Shown: positions 1 to 13,212, counted from the first letter of the stretch. The stretch: 64,000 nucleotides of DNA from Chrysemys picta bellii (GCF_011386835.1 NC_088793.1:118482001-118546000), one strand, 5' to 3'. Numbers and translations: made by a program. Notes: a model not told the origin generated them from the letters alone.

Positions 1-409
1 GAAGTATGTAGGAGAACTGATATTTTAGTAGAGTCATTATGTACATCTGTTTTAATACACAAAAAAGTGGCTGACCATAATAGCTCTTCTAAAGGTTTCA
101 TGTGGGTCTTTGACAATATTTCTTTACTATGAGATATTGTATCAGTCAGATGGGTATGGGCATAAAAAAATTATGGAAATGCCCTGCTGTGTTTAATCTG
201 ATTTTCAGTAGTTGGTAACTTACCGAAAAGACCAAAATTTCTTTCTTTGTAGTTTTAGTATGAAATGCAGTGCAATATACAAAGCAACTAAATTATGCTC
301 TTATGTGAAAAGGTTTTTCTCCCTGTTGTTTTTAGACTCATCTATTTCTCCCTCCCTTTAAACAAATTTTATAAATATGCAGAGGTTTTTCCCTGTTTCA
401 AAATAATAG

Positions 410-1892
410 TTCTTCTTCAAGTATATGTTCCTGTGGGTGCTCCACCATAGGATGCATGCATGCCCATGTGCTCTTGACCGGAGAATGCAAAGCAGTGTCC
501 CTGGGCCCACACTGGCGCAGAGCAGCACTTTATGCTTTCAAAAGAGGGCATATAAGGAGGCGTGAACCCACTGCCACTCAGTTCCTTCTCAACTGCCTGG
601 AGCTCCAGATGGAGCAATAGTGTGTCTGCTGTTCTCAGTTTCCCACCTTTTTTACACGGACATTTTATTCTGAGTTTTTTTCTTTAGTTTGTTTAGTTAT
701 TTTATTTCTCTTTTTCTTTTAGTTCCAGTATTGTTTGGAAGGGGGGGCTATACCCCCCCTTTGATTTTAGGACCCAAGTTTTATTCCTTTAGCACTCTGG
801 GTTATACCGAAGTCCTCAGGATTTAAGCCCTGATAGGCCTTTCCCCGATGAAGGATATTCAAACTGCTTTCGCTGCCTTGGAGATACTCATATCCTGTAA
901 AAGTGTAAGGTCTGCATGGGGTTGAAAGCAGGACTAGAAAAGGCAGAGAGGCTAGATGGAAGCTCGTTCTAATAGAACACTCACAAGCCCCAAGGGGGTC
1001 CACCTCTCCCCCTGTACATCAGCCTCAACATCCCAAGCCACTCCAGTGGCTATTGGAGCCCCAGCAGCACCTCTAGATGCTAGGACTTCAAAGTGCCACC
1101 CCAATCAACACAAAATGATGCCTTTTCTGCTCCAAGGAATATGGCTGTAATTCATTGGGAGATGCCCTGATAACACCATGGCCCTGTACCTTGCTGTGTG
1201 CTTATCTACCTCCACCTCTTTTTCCCAAGACATCACTCAGACTGCAATAGGAAAGAGCTAAGGTTATTTTCATAGCCATCCTGGCTACGGTGCTCAAATC
1301 TCCTTCATCTCTCTGTGGCAATACTTCTCCGCCTTCCTCTCAGGAAGGATCTCCTGTCACAAACTCTGGGACTCTGATTCATCCCAACTACTCCTCCTTG
1401 AGCCTGAGATCATGGTTCCTAGATGGATCTCAATCATGTAGCTAACCTGTTCAGATAACGTCCAGTCAGCTCTCCTATCTAGCAGGAAACCTAATACTCA
1501 CAAAACTTACCTTCAAAAGTGGAAATGCTTCCATTTCTGGTGTTCTCTTCACTCTTCTCAAGCATCAGAAGTTCCACTCTCCAAAATCTTAGATTGCCTC
1601 TTGGATTTAAAGACTCAAGGTCTGTCAGTGAGCTCAGAGTACATTTGACAGCTGTCACAGCCTTCCACTGAGCCATCGAGGGCTTCTCAGTTTTTGCCCA
1701 CCGTACTACGGCCAGATTCTTTAAAGGCTTGTTTGGAAGCATGAGATGCTTCACTGCGCAGGTGCTGTCCTGCAGACACTGCTTTGCATTCTCCAGTTAA
1801 GACCCCACGGACGTGTGCGCATCTTGTGTGGAGCAGCCATAAGGTCAAAATGTCTAGAGCAACTCAAGTTACTGTAAGCTAAGTAACCTCTT
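410..1892 (+). mobile_element. Internally deleted DIRS-type retrotransposon (both ITRs, gag N-terminus, YR N-terminal domain)
   Basis: Left end ttcttcttcaag...gggtgctccac; ctcttgaccggagaatgcaaagcagtgt (~471-498) is the near reverse complement of acactgctttgcattctccagttaagac (~1776-1803); gag Zn-knuckle remnant NCFRCLGDTHILxKCKVC (~860-920); YR-type KTYLQKWKCFHFWC...FAHRTTARFFKGL (~1500-1730); right end gttactgtaagctaagtaacc. Confidence 0.85.
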
Positions 1893-4800
1893 ATTCTCAT
1901 TAGTGACATAGATTTATTTAGCATCTATATCAGAGGTCGTTTTCATCAATTCATGACAAGGGAATCAAAAGTATTCTTTTTGGAAGGAGAGAGATTACCT
2001 TTCTGTAGACATGATTGAATATTTTGTGGTAATAGTCTTTATTTATTTGGCTCTCATCATGAAGAATAGCAAACGTATTCAAAATCTCAGTAGATCAAAA
2101 ATATGTCAATACATAAAACGTAAATATTATTCCATAATATAGGTTCATGCAGAAAACTATGTTAATGCGATATGAAGTTTGCACAACTAAGAAATCAGAA
2201 AACATAAATGTTATGGTTCCAGCACCCACATTAACTCAGTCACATTTCACATCCTCTATATTTTATGGAATACATTTTACAACATAAATCCGGAATAGGA
2301 GGTACTATATATGTGCAACATGGCTCAGTTAATGTGGCAGTTTGAACCTTGATGTTTGTATTTCCTGACTGGGGATTTTTAAACTTCAACCTTAATGGGT
2401 TTTTTTTTGCATCTAATTTTTCTAGTTTCTTCCTTTTTAAAAGAGGAAAATTGTCTGTACTAAGAATGAGTTAGCTCAAGATGTTTTGATTTAGACAAGA
2501 GTAGGGGGCATTATATTATTCCAGGGAGGGAGTACTTTATGACATGTATATGTCTGGTGCAGCATACCTTTCTCTGACACTCCTTTTTTGGAGGCGTGAT
2601 GAACATCCGTACTGTCAAGGCTCCATCCTTTCTCATCCACCTGTGTAAGTGCCTCTGCAGAGCCTACTGCCCTTCATACAATGGCACACCAGTATACATT
2701 ATGGCACACCAGTATAAGGGACTGCCTTACACATCCTTATTCCCTTGTGCTAGCCCACAGGATGGGCCATAATCTAGCCCAGTGTTAAAATTTAAATGGT
2801 CCTAATAAGACTTTGAAGTTCAGACCACAGTGAGGTAAAGGAGTGTTAAATTCCCACATTTGGTGCTACTGTTTATCTGGAAACAATATCATATTTGGCC
2901 AGGCTAGAAATACAGGAGCACATAGATTAATCTTATGACTAATGTATCTTTATAATGACAAAGGTAAAATTTGAAATGAAAGATTAGAACTTGCAGAATA
3001 TTGCAGTATACATTAAAAAATTGAAAGACCCCTTATAATCATGGGGTCTGGGATTTGTTTCATATGCCATTGATGTCAAGACAGAATTTTTATTTAGAAT
3101 TATTTTTAGGATTTTAGTATGTGCTCTTCAGTGAGAAGTATTTGCAGCCTTTATGAAGCCAGTACCTGTACCAGCAGGTCTGTGTTGGATGCAGTGATGT
3201 CACAAAAGAGGCTGAACTTCACTAAGCTGTGTTAGAATCTTAGTAGGTTCCCACTGAGCATGTTCCTAAAAGTTTTTGTCTCCCAGTTGCTAATGATCTT
3301 TTAAAATTTTTTATATATTTGTAAACCAAGTGAAGGCACTAGTCCTTTCTGAAAAGACTGTGCCTATATTGAGTCTCAGTTTTCAAATATTATTTACTCA
3401 TGCTGTAATTAGATAAAACCAACATGGTTAGAATTTTTTTTTCATTTATTTATTTTTGCAACGGGCAAAGTATATTTTTATGCATGCTCAGAAGTGGTAA
3501 GAGGGCTGTTGCTCAAACTTTTAGGGCACCAAACTCCATAGGGCACCAAAATTTTTCTATTGGCAGACAACATTGGAAATTTCTGTGTAAAAGAATTAAT
3601 GTTTCAGAAAGCTACCAGCATATGAATCAGAGGTTTATAATGGAAACTATTTGATAATCTTAATTATAACTGTCACTATTAGTGATCACTGTAAAATAAA
3701 AAGAATGAAAATTTGCTATACCATTTTATTAACTGAGGAAATGTTCTTTCTTTGCTTGCAGTGTGAAAGACAATTGCACGTAAACACAATTTTTCTGGGA
3801 ATCCCCTTCAGTGTATTATGCAAAATGACATAAATGTATAATTCTGGTACCCTAGCACTTAGGAAAATAGAATATTTTTGGTGGGTTGCTTTCACTGTTC
3901 CTCAGTCAGCCGCTCAGTCAGTCAGTAGCACCCCTTTCTTGCTGACTACAGCCCCTGCCTTTGGCATTCAGATTTTCTGTTGCTTCAGAGATATCTGATA
4001 GCAGCCAATACATTTATTAACCAAAAAGTCTTACCAGACAAGGCAGAAAATGCCCGAGTTGGGGAGTACCAAACCGTCCCACCATTTTGAAACCAATCTG
4101 TAAAGATCTGGACTCTTCTGGAGATAAGACTACCAATCAGTGGGAATCTCCTAGGCCTTCCTCTCCATAGGGCACCAAAATAGGGCCTCTGTGTAAGATC
4201 CAAGAGAAGAACAATGCCCAGTCTTACTAGGAAACTTCCCACACCCTCCGCATGGACACAGGTGTCTAGGCAGGATGAGATGTTCAGGTAGAACCCACAG
4301 TCTCTGTGCACAGGTCTTTCTGACGGGGCACTGACAAGACCCTTCAACCATAGAGAGTGGTGGCTTGAGAAATCCAATAACAGCTCTTGGCCAATATAAT
4401 TGGAATAGAAATGCTAATATGCTAATTCTGTTACATTTTATTTTATAAATAATGGCCATACAGCTGTCTAATGGCCCTTTACCTAATACTTTGATTTCAG
4501 CTATGGATTATGCATGCAAAAAATCACTTGAAACTTCCATTACTATCAAGGTATTGCCTGGACAAAGAATGTCTGTCACAAGACCCCTTGTTCAAGCAAG
4601 GATGAAAGATTATGGGCTGAGTTATTGGTTAAATTGGATTTTTCCCACCCCTTCATTCTAGCTGTCAATTTGGTTTCTCTTTTATTCTCATCCTTTCTTT
4701 TTTAGCAGCCAAAGCAGTTTAATCACTGATGGTCAATTACACTCCTCCAAAAAATAATGCTATTTGCACTGTGCAAGTCAGATAAAAGGGGTCATAGTAT

Positions 4801-5364
4801 AATTATTACAGTGTCTGTGCTCCCCTAGAAACAGATTAAAGCGCTGATCTGTTCTCCCTGTACCTTCCCAAGAATTCATATGCTAACGTAGGAGCAGAAA
4901 AGCGTTCTGAATTTTGATCTCCTGAGTTGTGAAGGCTACAAAGAATGTGGGTCTAAGAGTGAAAGGTGGGGGCTTCACTAGAAAGAAAGCTGATGCTCAG
5001 GTCATTCACTGAAAGCAAAGTAAGTAATTGGCTTCAGCTTTGTTTTGTTCTGGGGAGATTTTAATTACGTTTTTTTTAATATGCTGTTTAATAAGCATTT
5101 GTCCACGAGCAGTACCTTGTGATCCCGGTCTGTTAGACAGGGGGATTAATTTCCATGTTGTTGTTGTCATTTATTATTGGTTTAAATAGTAACACGAAAT
5201 TGTGGTAGGTGTTTTATAGAACAGAACTGATGGTGGTCTCTGATCCAAAGGTTGCGCAGTCTAAATGTGGACATAACATAATGTGCGAGAAGAGTGAGAA
5301 GTGAAGGACGAGTATGACATAAATAAGATCCTGGGGTTGCTTAGGTTTGTTGTGTGTGCATCTT

Positions 5365-5635
5365 GGGTATGTCTACACTGCAATTAAAAACCCGTAGTTG
5401 GACTGTGCCAGCTGGCTCAGGCTCAGGCTCAGGCTAAGGGATGTTTAATTGTGGAGTAGAGGTTCAGTGTCAGGCTAGAGCCCGGGCTCTGGGCCCCTGT
5501 GAGGTGGTTAGGATCCTACAGCTGGAGCCTGAATGTCTACACTGCAGTTAACCAGCCCCTTAGCCTGAGTGCGGGAAGCCCGAGTCAGCTGGGACAGGCC
5601 AGCTGCTGGTGTTTAATTGCAGCGTAGACCTATCA
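5365..5635. mobile_element. PIF/Harbinger-type MITE
   Basis: TIR gggtatgtctacactgcaattaaa ... tttaattgcagcgtagacctat; internal inverted symmetry. Confidence 0.75.
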
Positions 5636-6947
5636 CTTGATGGCTGTATTCTTGTTTTAATTGAGGTGATAAGTGTACATTCTGAGAAGGTGGGAAGGCA
5701 TTAAAAAAAGGGGCGATTATGGAGAGATGGTGAAGCAGAGTGGAGTGCAAACTACTGGAAGAGGCAAGGAACAGGAGCACAAACACAAAAGGAATGGTTC
5801 CACGGGTACAGTGCTGTGGGGTTAGCGAAATGTAATTGGGTGGCAGTACGGACAGAGCAACTTCTGGCAAAAGTTTGTAGTTGTTTTCATTGCCTATCTA
5901 ATATTGCTGCATATATGTAACAACTACCAATCCCGATGCAGAACAGCTATGTACTAATATGCTAAGTAAGCAGATTCACTATGCACCAGAGAAACAATGT
6001 ATGGACAGTAGTGGGAGCTTGTTAAAACTCTACTTGTTCACTGCAAGTGTTACAGCCTCAATGCTTGCAAGAATACTTACACTTCAGAGCCTACCGCCAC
6101 AGGCCATAGTGGTGATAGCACTAAGATGATACCTCAAGCACCAATACTTTGGGGAAGGTTAAGTGACTTGATTGACTTTATAACATAAAGTCTGCATAGG
6201 TGTGATCTGCTATGTGCACTATTTTGTTTGTTCTAGCACCTTTGACAAGTTGCTGGTGTATATTTATGTATTATATTGTTGCTTGAATCTTTGTCAAAAG
6301 ATCTATCTTGGGAAGGCGAGGGAGAGACTCAGAAAGAAAAAAACTGAGAGCATTTAAGCATGTACTTTTAGAGAAGAAGCAAGCAATTTAAAAAAGGGGG
6401 GCTGAATATACCTATTAAATGCTGAAAGTGTTTGCAACTGCATCACAAACATTAGAACTTGTTACTTAATTTTATTGTACAAAATGGCATTCCTCTTGGA
6501 AAGCACACCTTAGAATTGGGATGGGTTTTTTTTCATAATTCTACTTCTTGATCAGCTGATCAGAACAATTCCTGCAGTAGGTTAGCCTTGTGCCTACTCA
6601 GAATAAATGTCTTCTGTTAAAACTTTTGCTGTTTTTATTTATTTATTTTGAGACTAGACATTACGGAATTGTGACCGTCACTAGGATATACATTCATAAA
6701 TTGTGGTATCTGATTTCCTTGGACATTCTTGTTGAGAATAAAGTATCTTGGGTACTAAAAGTGGTACTTTGCAAATAGATCTGAGCACTTCTATTAACTG
6801 CGTGGTAAAAAGATTGGTAATATTGAGCCAGGTTTGTGGGTGAGGACTCCACTTCTATTGAGGTTAGTGCGCGACTGTAACCTTGCTTGGTTTCATATGA
6901 TTCCACCTCCTGACTCATATATCTGCTTTGCTTGGCTCTTCTAACAG

Positions 6948-7094
6948 ATGCCGCCTCAGTATGGTCAGCAAGGTGTAAGTGGCTACTGCCAACAGGGCCA
7001 ACAGCCATATTACAACCAGCAACCGCAACCTCAGCATCTGCCGCCCCAGGCACAGTATCTGTCGCAGGCTCAGCAGAGGTACCAGACACAGCAG
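6948..7094 (+). CDS. ARID1B: ARID1B internal coding exon, 147 nt, phase 0-0 ([49 protein letters not shown])
   Basis: Peptide matches the recalled vertebrate ARID1B segment [37 protein letters not shown]; acceptor cttggctcttctaacAG at 6946-6947; donor CAG|GTAAGC at 7095. Confidence 0.96.
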
Positions 7095-9283
7095 GTAAGC
7101 ATAGTCACCCGCTGCTCACAGCTACAACATTGCGCTAATTAAAAAAAATGCAACATGTAGAAGATGGAAGATTTTCCAAATGGGTACCATTCCAAAAGCA
7201 AAAAAAAAAACAACAACACTCCAAACTCCACCCTTCTATTAACTGTCAGCTTAAAACAAGGCCGCAATGCTCTTGGAAAGTGTTGGTATATACAGATATA
7301 TCTATTTCAAGCTTTGCTTGCTATATGTGTGTATTTAGAATAAAGCTAGTCCTACATTCCTCTTCAACTATCCCCCCTTTTTAAAAAGAGGTAACATACT
7401 TCATTGATTTTATGTAATTGTGGGTCATAGACTTCCACGTGTCTTGTTTTAAAATTCTTTGCAAGGCATTCTGGTGGTGCCTCCCAGCTGATGTGATCAC
7501 TGTTGGTTTTAAAAAAAGAATAGGTGGAGCTGCTTCTTCAGGGGAGCTGGTGGAGAAGAAAATACATTTAAAACAGCACTTCACATTCCTCATTCCGCAC
7601 ATCCATTTAACTGTGTTAAATAACCCGATTTCCATGCCAGTTACTGTTTTGTGTTTATACCCAGCCATGGCACCCGTATGAAACATTTATTTTCATTGAA
7701 GATGCTACAAATACGGCAGCATTTATTGGCTTGATTTTTTTAAAGACAGTCTTGTTTTAAAATATGATCGTGAGCAATAATGGCTGGCTTAATATGCTAG
7801 AACTTGAGGCATACCTGTGTGAGGCATCCTGGACTGAAGAGACCTTGGGTGCCTTTAGTGCCTGTAGCTGTACTTGTAGACTTAAGTTCCAAATATAGTC
7901 CCAGCAATGTTAACCGCAGAGGGACTGCCTGCCTAGGAGAGGAAGGAAGACAAGAGGAAAATGAAACCAAAATATATCCAGTATCCTCAGGGATCTAACT
8001 AAATTGAGCTGCTAAAGACTAGGTGCCTCTGGAAGAACTGTGCAGTATCATCACTCTCAGCAGTTCACTGGTGGACGATCCCTCAGGCACAGTCACTTAG
8101 CATACCAGGATAATACTGGGGCGGGGGAGAATATTTGCTTGTGATAAAAATACACTGTGAAACAAACTAACAAAAGAAACCATATGTAGCTCGAGTGCTG
8201 TTGTCCTCCATACTCCGATTTTAAAGTAAGGCTAAAATATTTTTACTGCTTTATTAAAATTAGATAAACCGATTATTAAAACAAATTTCATTGGAAATAA
8301 AATTCATTTTAATTAAAACACTGCATCATTTATGAAATACAATTCTTAGGCATATCAGCTGTGCAGTTGAAAGCAGCCCCACCCCTCCATCATTTCGGTG
8401 ACTTTAAACACGTAACTGTGATATCAAATATGAAATTGTAGTTCTGTCTTTAAATTTAATTTTCCTCTTTTTCTCCATTTTCATGGACGTTAAATAAATG
8501 ATTTCTCAACCTCTGATGGGAAATTTTGATTCTGTTTATGTAAAAACTTTGGCTAAATCAGTTAGCAGGCAGAGACATAGTAATACAGTACATGGTGATC
8601 TGTGGTTTGATATTAATAAGAACACTGCCAATAAGGGCCCACAGCTCTGCATGTCCACATATCTCCAATCAGCCGCCTGACAAACTGAATCAGTTTGTGG
8701 CTGCCAGGACGCCTGATCATATGTTGAATTGTTGTCACTTGAGCATGTAACTTGAACATTTTAATCTGTTTAAAAATCATGTACTTGTTGAATGTTACAC
8801 AAAGTGTATGTATCTAATAACAAGTAATCTGGTATCCCGATGGTGCATGGCCAATTGATGATCCTGCCACTCTGCCCAGTGCAGTGAAATTTTGTGCAGT
8901 TGTTTTTGTATACCTCAAAAAAGTAAGGAGATTACACAGAAGAAGGTTGGGGGGAAGATGGTGAGTGGAGAGAGAGAAAAGGCACCCAAACTGGGATTGT
9001 GCCTCTGGCTGAATATTTGGCCACTATGGGGATTCAAACTCCTGTGTAACTCAGCTGCTTGGGACGAGTTCTTCCAATGGGGTTTCTGTGTATCATACTT
9101 AAGTGTGTCATGTTTCCATGTGGTGTCTACTCCACACAGAGGTTAAGAACATATGACTTGAACCACCTAAGGGAGTGATGCCTTTAGATAAAGTGATTGA
9201 GGCCTGTGATTTTGGTACTGAAGTTCGAGGGTTCTGTCTCCACTGAAGACCTCTGGTGGGGTTATTACAGAGTGGTGGATAAC

Positions 9284-9725
9284 CAGGGCCGGTGCAAGGA
9301 TATTTTGTGCCCTAGGCGAAATTTCCACCTTGCGGCCCTGCCCCCCCGCACATCGGTTCATTGAGGGGCAAATCCCAACAAGCCTTAATAGACCCCAGGG
9401 GCCAGCCGTGCCCAGGGGCTGCTCCCTGGCCCCTGAACTCCCCTGGAGGGTGCACAGCCCCCCACGAGCCCTCCCCACCCCAGTGGTCCCCGCCCTGAGT
9501 CCACTCACTGGGTTTGCCGGGCTTGGACCACTGCAGTAGTTCGGCAGGGAGGAGCTGCCTTCTGGAGGCACCAGAGAGCCAGAGCATTGGCTTGCGGTGG
9601 CAGCGAGCCCCAGCCATGGAGGAGTCGGCACGGCGCAGGGAGCAACAGCCCTGCAAAAGCGGTGGCGCGGCTAGCGGGGAGCAGCTGCACTCCCCGCCCC
9701 TCCTGCTTAGGCTGCGGCCCGGCGT
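9284..9725. mobile_element. GC-rich hAT-type non-autonomous element, one end only
   Basis: Starts cagggccggtgcaaggatattttgtgccctagg (CAGGGCCGG hAT-type TIR); matching other end not found; interrupted at 9726. Confidence 0.6.
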
Positions 9726-10620
9726 TAGGGTGATCAGATCAGCAGTATAAAATACCGGGACGGGGTGGAGCAAAAAAAAAAAAAGAAAGGGAGTTTAAAA
9801 GGGGCCCTGGCACTGCCCTCCCCGTGGAGCCTCCTGCCCCGCCACGGGCATATGCGGCGTGCAGTGGGTCCGGGCGGGGGCAGCGTGGAGCGGGCAGGAG
9901 CCGGGTGGGCGGCAGGGGCCGATCCTCGCTTCTCCCAGGGAGCCCCGCGCCTCCCCGTCCTGCTCGTGGCTGTGGCTCCTTCCCGGCGGGATGTGCTTCC
10001 CGCCGCCCCGGCCACATACTGAGCGCGTCCCCTGTGCCTAGTCTCCCTCCCACCAGGAAGGAGCAGCTGGACGCACGCCGCATGTGCCCGGGGCAGGCCG
10101 GGGGGCGCGTCCTGCCGGGAAGGAGCCGCAGCCGCAAGCGGGAGGGAGAGGCGCGGGGCTCCCTGGCAGCAGCAGGGATTCGGCCCACCCCCCTGCGCCG
10201 CCCACCCGGCCCCTGCCCGCTCCGCACTGCCCCCGCCCAGACCCACCGCGCTGCCCCGCGGGCTGCAGAGCTGGAGCAGCCTCCAGGCTGAGCTCCCGGC
10301 CCCGGGTGCAGCGGCCTGGGCAGGAGCCCTCTGGCGCGGCGGGGGGCTCACAGCTGAGCCCCCCGTCTCCCTCCCTTGCCAGCTCCCCTTTGCCCGCCTG
10401 CCCGGTGCCCGGGTGCCGGAGCTGACTCACCAGCTCCAGGATCCAGGCACCGCCGCCACCCCCTCCTTCCAGGCTTGCCCCGCCATGCTGCAAGCCTGGG
10501 AGGGAGGAGGAATGCTGCGTGGTTGGGGCCAGGGCGGGTCTGGTGGTCCTGACCATTGGAACATGCTGCACTCCGGGATACCCCAAAACCTACACCTCCC
10601 CAGAGGATATCTTTACCCTA
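9726..10620. mobile_element. GC-rich hAT-type MITE with internal fold-back
   Basis: Termini tagggtgatcagat ... atatctttacccta (degenerate TAGGGTGACC TIR); ~180-200 bp internal inverted repeat; no clear TSD. Confidence 0.6.
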
Positions 10621-13212
10621 CCTTATTTGCAATTTCCTCCTTTTTGTCTACAACCCTAATCAGAGACATCTGAGGAAGAAACTACCTTGAGGAGACCAGA
10701 GTACTCCCCTATTCCACCCAGCTGGAGCATTCATCCACCATTACCAATGGCTTTGCTGGTTGAACTGGAACCCCCCTTCTTGTCTGCCATGTCAGAGGTT
10801 CCAGATGGAACATCACCTTCAGATAGGGAGGCTAGCCTGGACAGAGGCTCCTGAAGGTCTGGGATCAGTCTTCTCTTCAGATGTGACTATCCAGGGTAAC
10901 GATTGTACCCAATGCCATGGGGTCCCCCTCTAATGATTGACCCTTCATACTGGTATTGTTGGGATTCATGGATCCCAGGATCCATGTGCATGAATCCCAC
11001 CTACCCTTGCCTAACTCCCTCTGTTGAACTATAAGGGCGAAGAAATTGAGCTGGATGCACCAGGACAGACAGTTGCAACAGATGTATCCTCCTCCTCGCC
11101 AGATGAGACAGTTGCCCCTATCTTTGCCATCCTTGCCTGATGACTACAGGCAATATCAAGAGCTCCTGCAGAGGGAGGCAACAGACCTCCAGATCCAACT
11201 CAAGGAGGTACAGGATATTCAGCATAGGCTCCTGGACATTCTCCAGCCTTCTGCTCCTAGCCAGCTGGCCCTTCCTGTGACAAGGCCATTATGGAACCAG
11301 CCAGGGAAGTTTGGCATACTCCTGTTTGCTGCATTCCCACCTCAAAAAAGGCTGACAGCCATTATCTTGTACCAGCCAGGGAGCAGAGTTCCTGTTTACA
11401 CGTCCAGCACCCAACTTCTTGGTGATACAAGCAGCCACTGAGAGATAGAAGTTGCAGCATCCCAAGGCAATACCCACTGATAAGGGTGCTAATCACCTTG
11501 ATCTCCTAGGGAGGAAAGTGTTTTCTTTCATCAGCCTTTAGTTTAGAATTACTAACTACCAGGCCCTGTTAGCAAAGTATGATTTCACCAACTACTCCAA
11601 ATCCTTGTACTTTAAAGACAAGTTTTCTCAGAGGACACCAATTCCAAGCCCTCAGTGATCAGGCAGATTGGTAGCTAAAACATCTCTTCAGGCTGCAGTG
11701 GCTGTTGCTGACATTACTTCGGGAGGGATAGCTTCAGCAGTTGTCATGAGGCATGAGTCTTGGCTCTACTTCTTGTGGTTCCTCCGGGAGGTACAAAATA
11801 CCATGGAGGATCAACCCTTTGATGAGGCTAACTTATTCAATGAAAAAAATTGAGGAGTCCCTTCACTCGCTCCAAGACTCCATAATAATTCTCCATACCC
11901 TTGGCGTTTATACCTTATCTGCAAAGAGGAAACACCATAAACAAGTGTACAGGCCAAGACCACCCCCATAATCATTCTATGAGCAGCACCTTTACAAACT
12001 ATCGTGCAAATGCCAAAGGGTACATAGACTCTGGTACACAGCTTCCTCCATATCTACTGCCACTGCTCAACCCCACCCATTATCTAGGGGGTTCTTTCAT
12101 TGGGACATTTGAGAACCATGTTCTTCTGCTGATTCTATCCTTCCCTGCCCCCAAACTTTGGTGGCTGCCTTGCCCTCTTCATTCATAACTGGAGGGCAAT
12201 AACAATGGACAGGTGGGTGCTAGAGATCATTCAGTCTGGCTACTTGATCAAGTTTGTATCACCTCTCCATCACAAACCTCCTACCTGGCGTGTTTTCAGG
12301 GACCACTGTCACAAGGAGGTCCCTCCATTAGGAGGTAGACTCTCTTCTTTAGCCCAGATCAATAGAGCATGTGCCACCTTAACATCAAGGGAAAGGATTC
12401 TAGTCGCCATATTTTTTAGATCCCAGGAAAAGTGGAGGATGGAGACCAGTTCTCAGTCTACTCCAACAGAGAGTCTATTCTTGAAAATCAAAATTCTGCA
12501 TGGTCTCATTGGCATCAATAATGCCCTCTCTGGAGGGGAGGGCTCCTGGTTTGAGGCTCTTGGCACAAAAAATGCTTACTTTCATGTGGATATTCACCCA
12601 TCCCACAGAAGTTTCCTCAGATTCCTGGTAGGACAAGTACAATACCAGTTCAGAGTGCTTCTGTTCAGACTTGCTACAGCACCAGAGGTCTTCTCAGTGG
12701 TGGCAGCCCAGATGAGATGAAACAGCTACATCGTCTTTCCATATCTGGATAGCTGACTCCTGATGGGCAGATCCAGCAAAGAGGTTCAGTTGGCACCTCT
12801 GTTCCTACTCTGCCTGCTGTCTTCCTTGGGAAACTGTCATCAAATAAAAGTCTACTTTGACTCCTACAAAGACCATAGACTTTATAGGAGCAATCCTAGA
12901 CTCGATGGCAGGAGGGGCTTACCTCCCTATGGAAAGATTCCAAGCCACAAACAACTTGGTAAGACAAGTCATCCTTAGACCTTGGACCACAGTCAAGGTG
13001 TGTCTTTCCCTATGAGGCCATATGGTCTCATATACTTATGTAACACCATAGACAATCGCACCATACAGGGCATTTGGACCTCTAGAGGCCAGGATGTATA
13101 TCAGCCTACTAGAACTGAGAGCAGTCTGTCTAACCTGCTATGCATTCCTTCCACTCATTTGGTCTGGCCGTACCCAGATAATGTCAGACAACATGATGAC
13201 CATTTTCTACAT

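Noticed and set aside
2681-2716. 16-bp direct repeat atggcacaccagtata with 20-bp period
   Set aside because: Two units only: a local tandem duplication, not CRISPR
3522-4180. Exact 18-bp repeat ctccatagggcaccaaaa at 3534 and 4163
   Set aside because: Best explained as two decayed hAT MITE subterminal motifs (tagggcaccaaaa), not a functional repeat pair or array
3985-4661. Three ORFs of 69-130 aa in unique sequence
   Set aside because: No recognisable motif or splice structure; lengths within chance expectation
6694-7142. Antisense 131-aa ORF and read-through of the + ORF to 7142
   Set aside because: Shadow of the real ARID1B exon; the + frame is spliced at 7094
9167-10673. Many overlapping 100-205 aa ORFs on both strands
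   Set aside because: Low-complexity Pro/Gly/Ala/Arg translations expected from stop-poor GC-rich MITE DNA; no domain motifs
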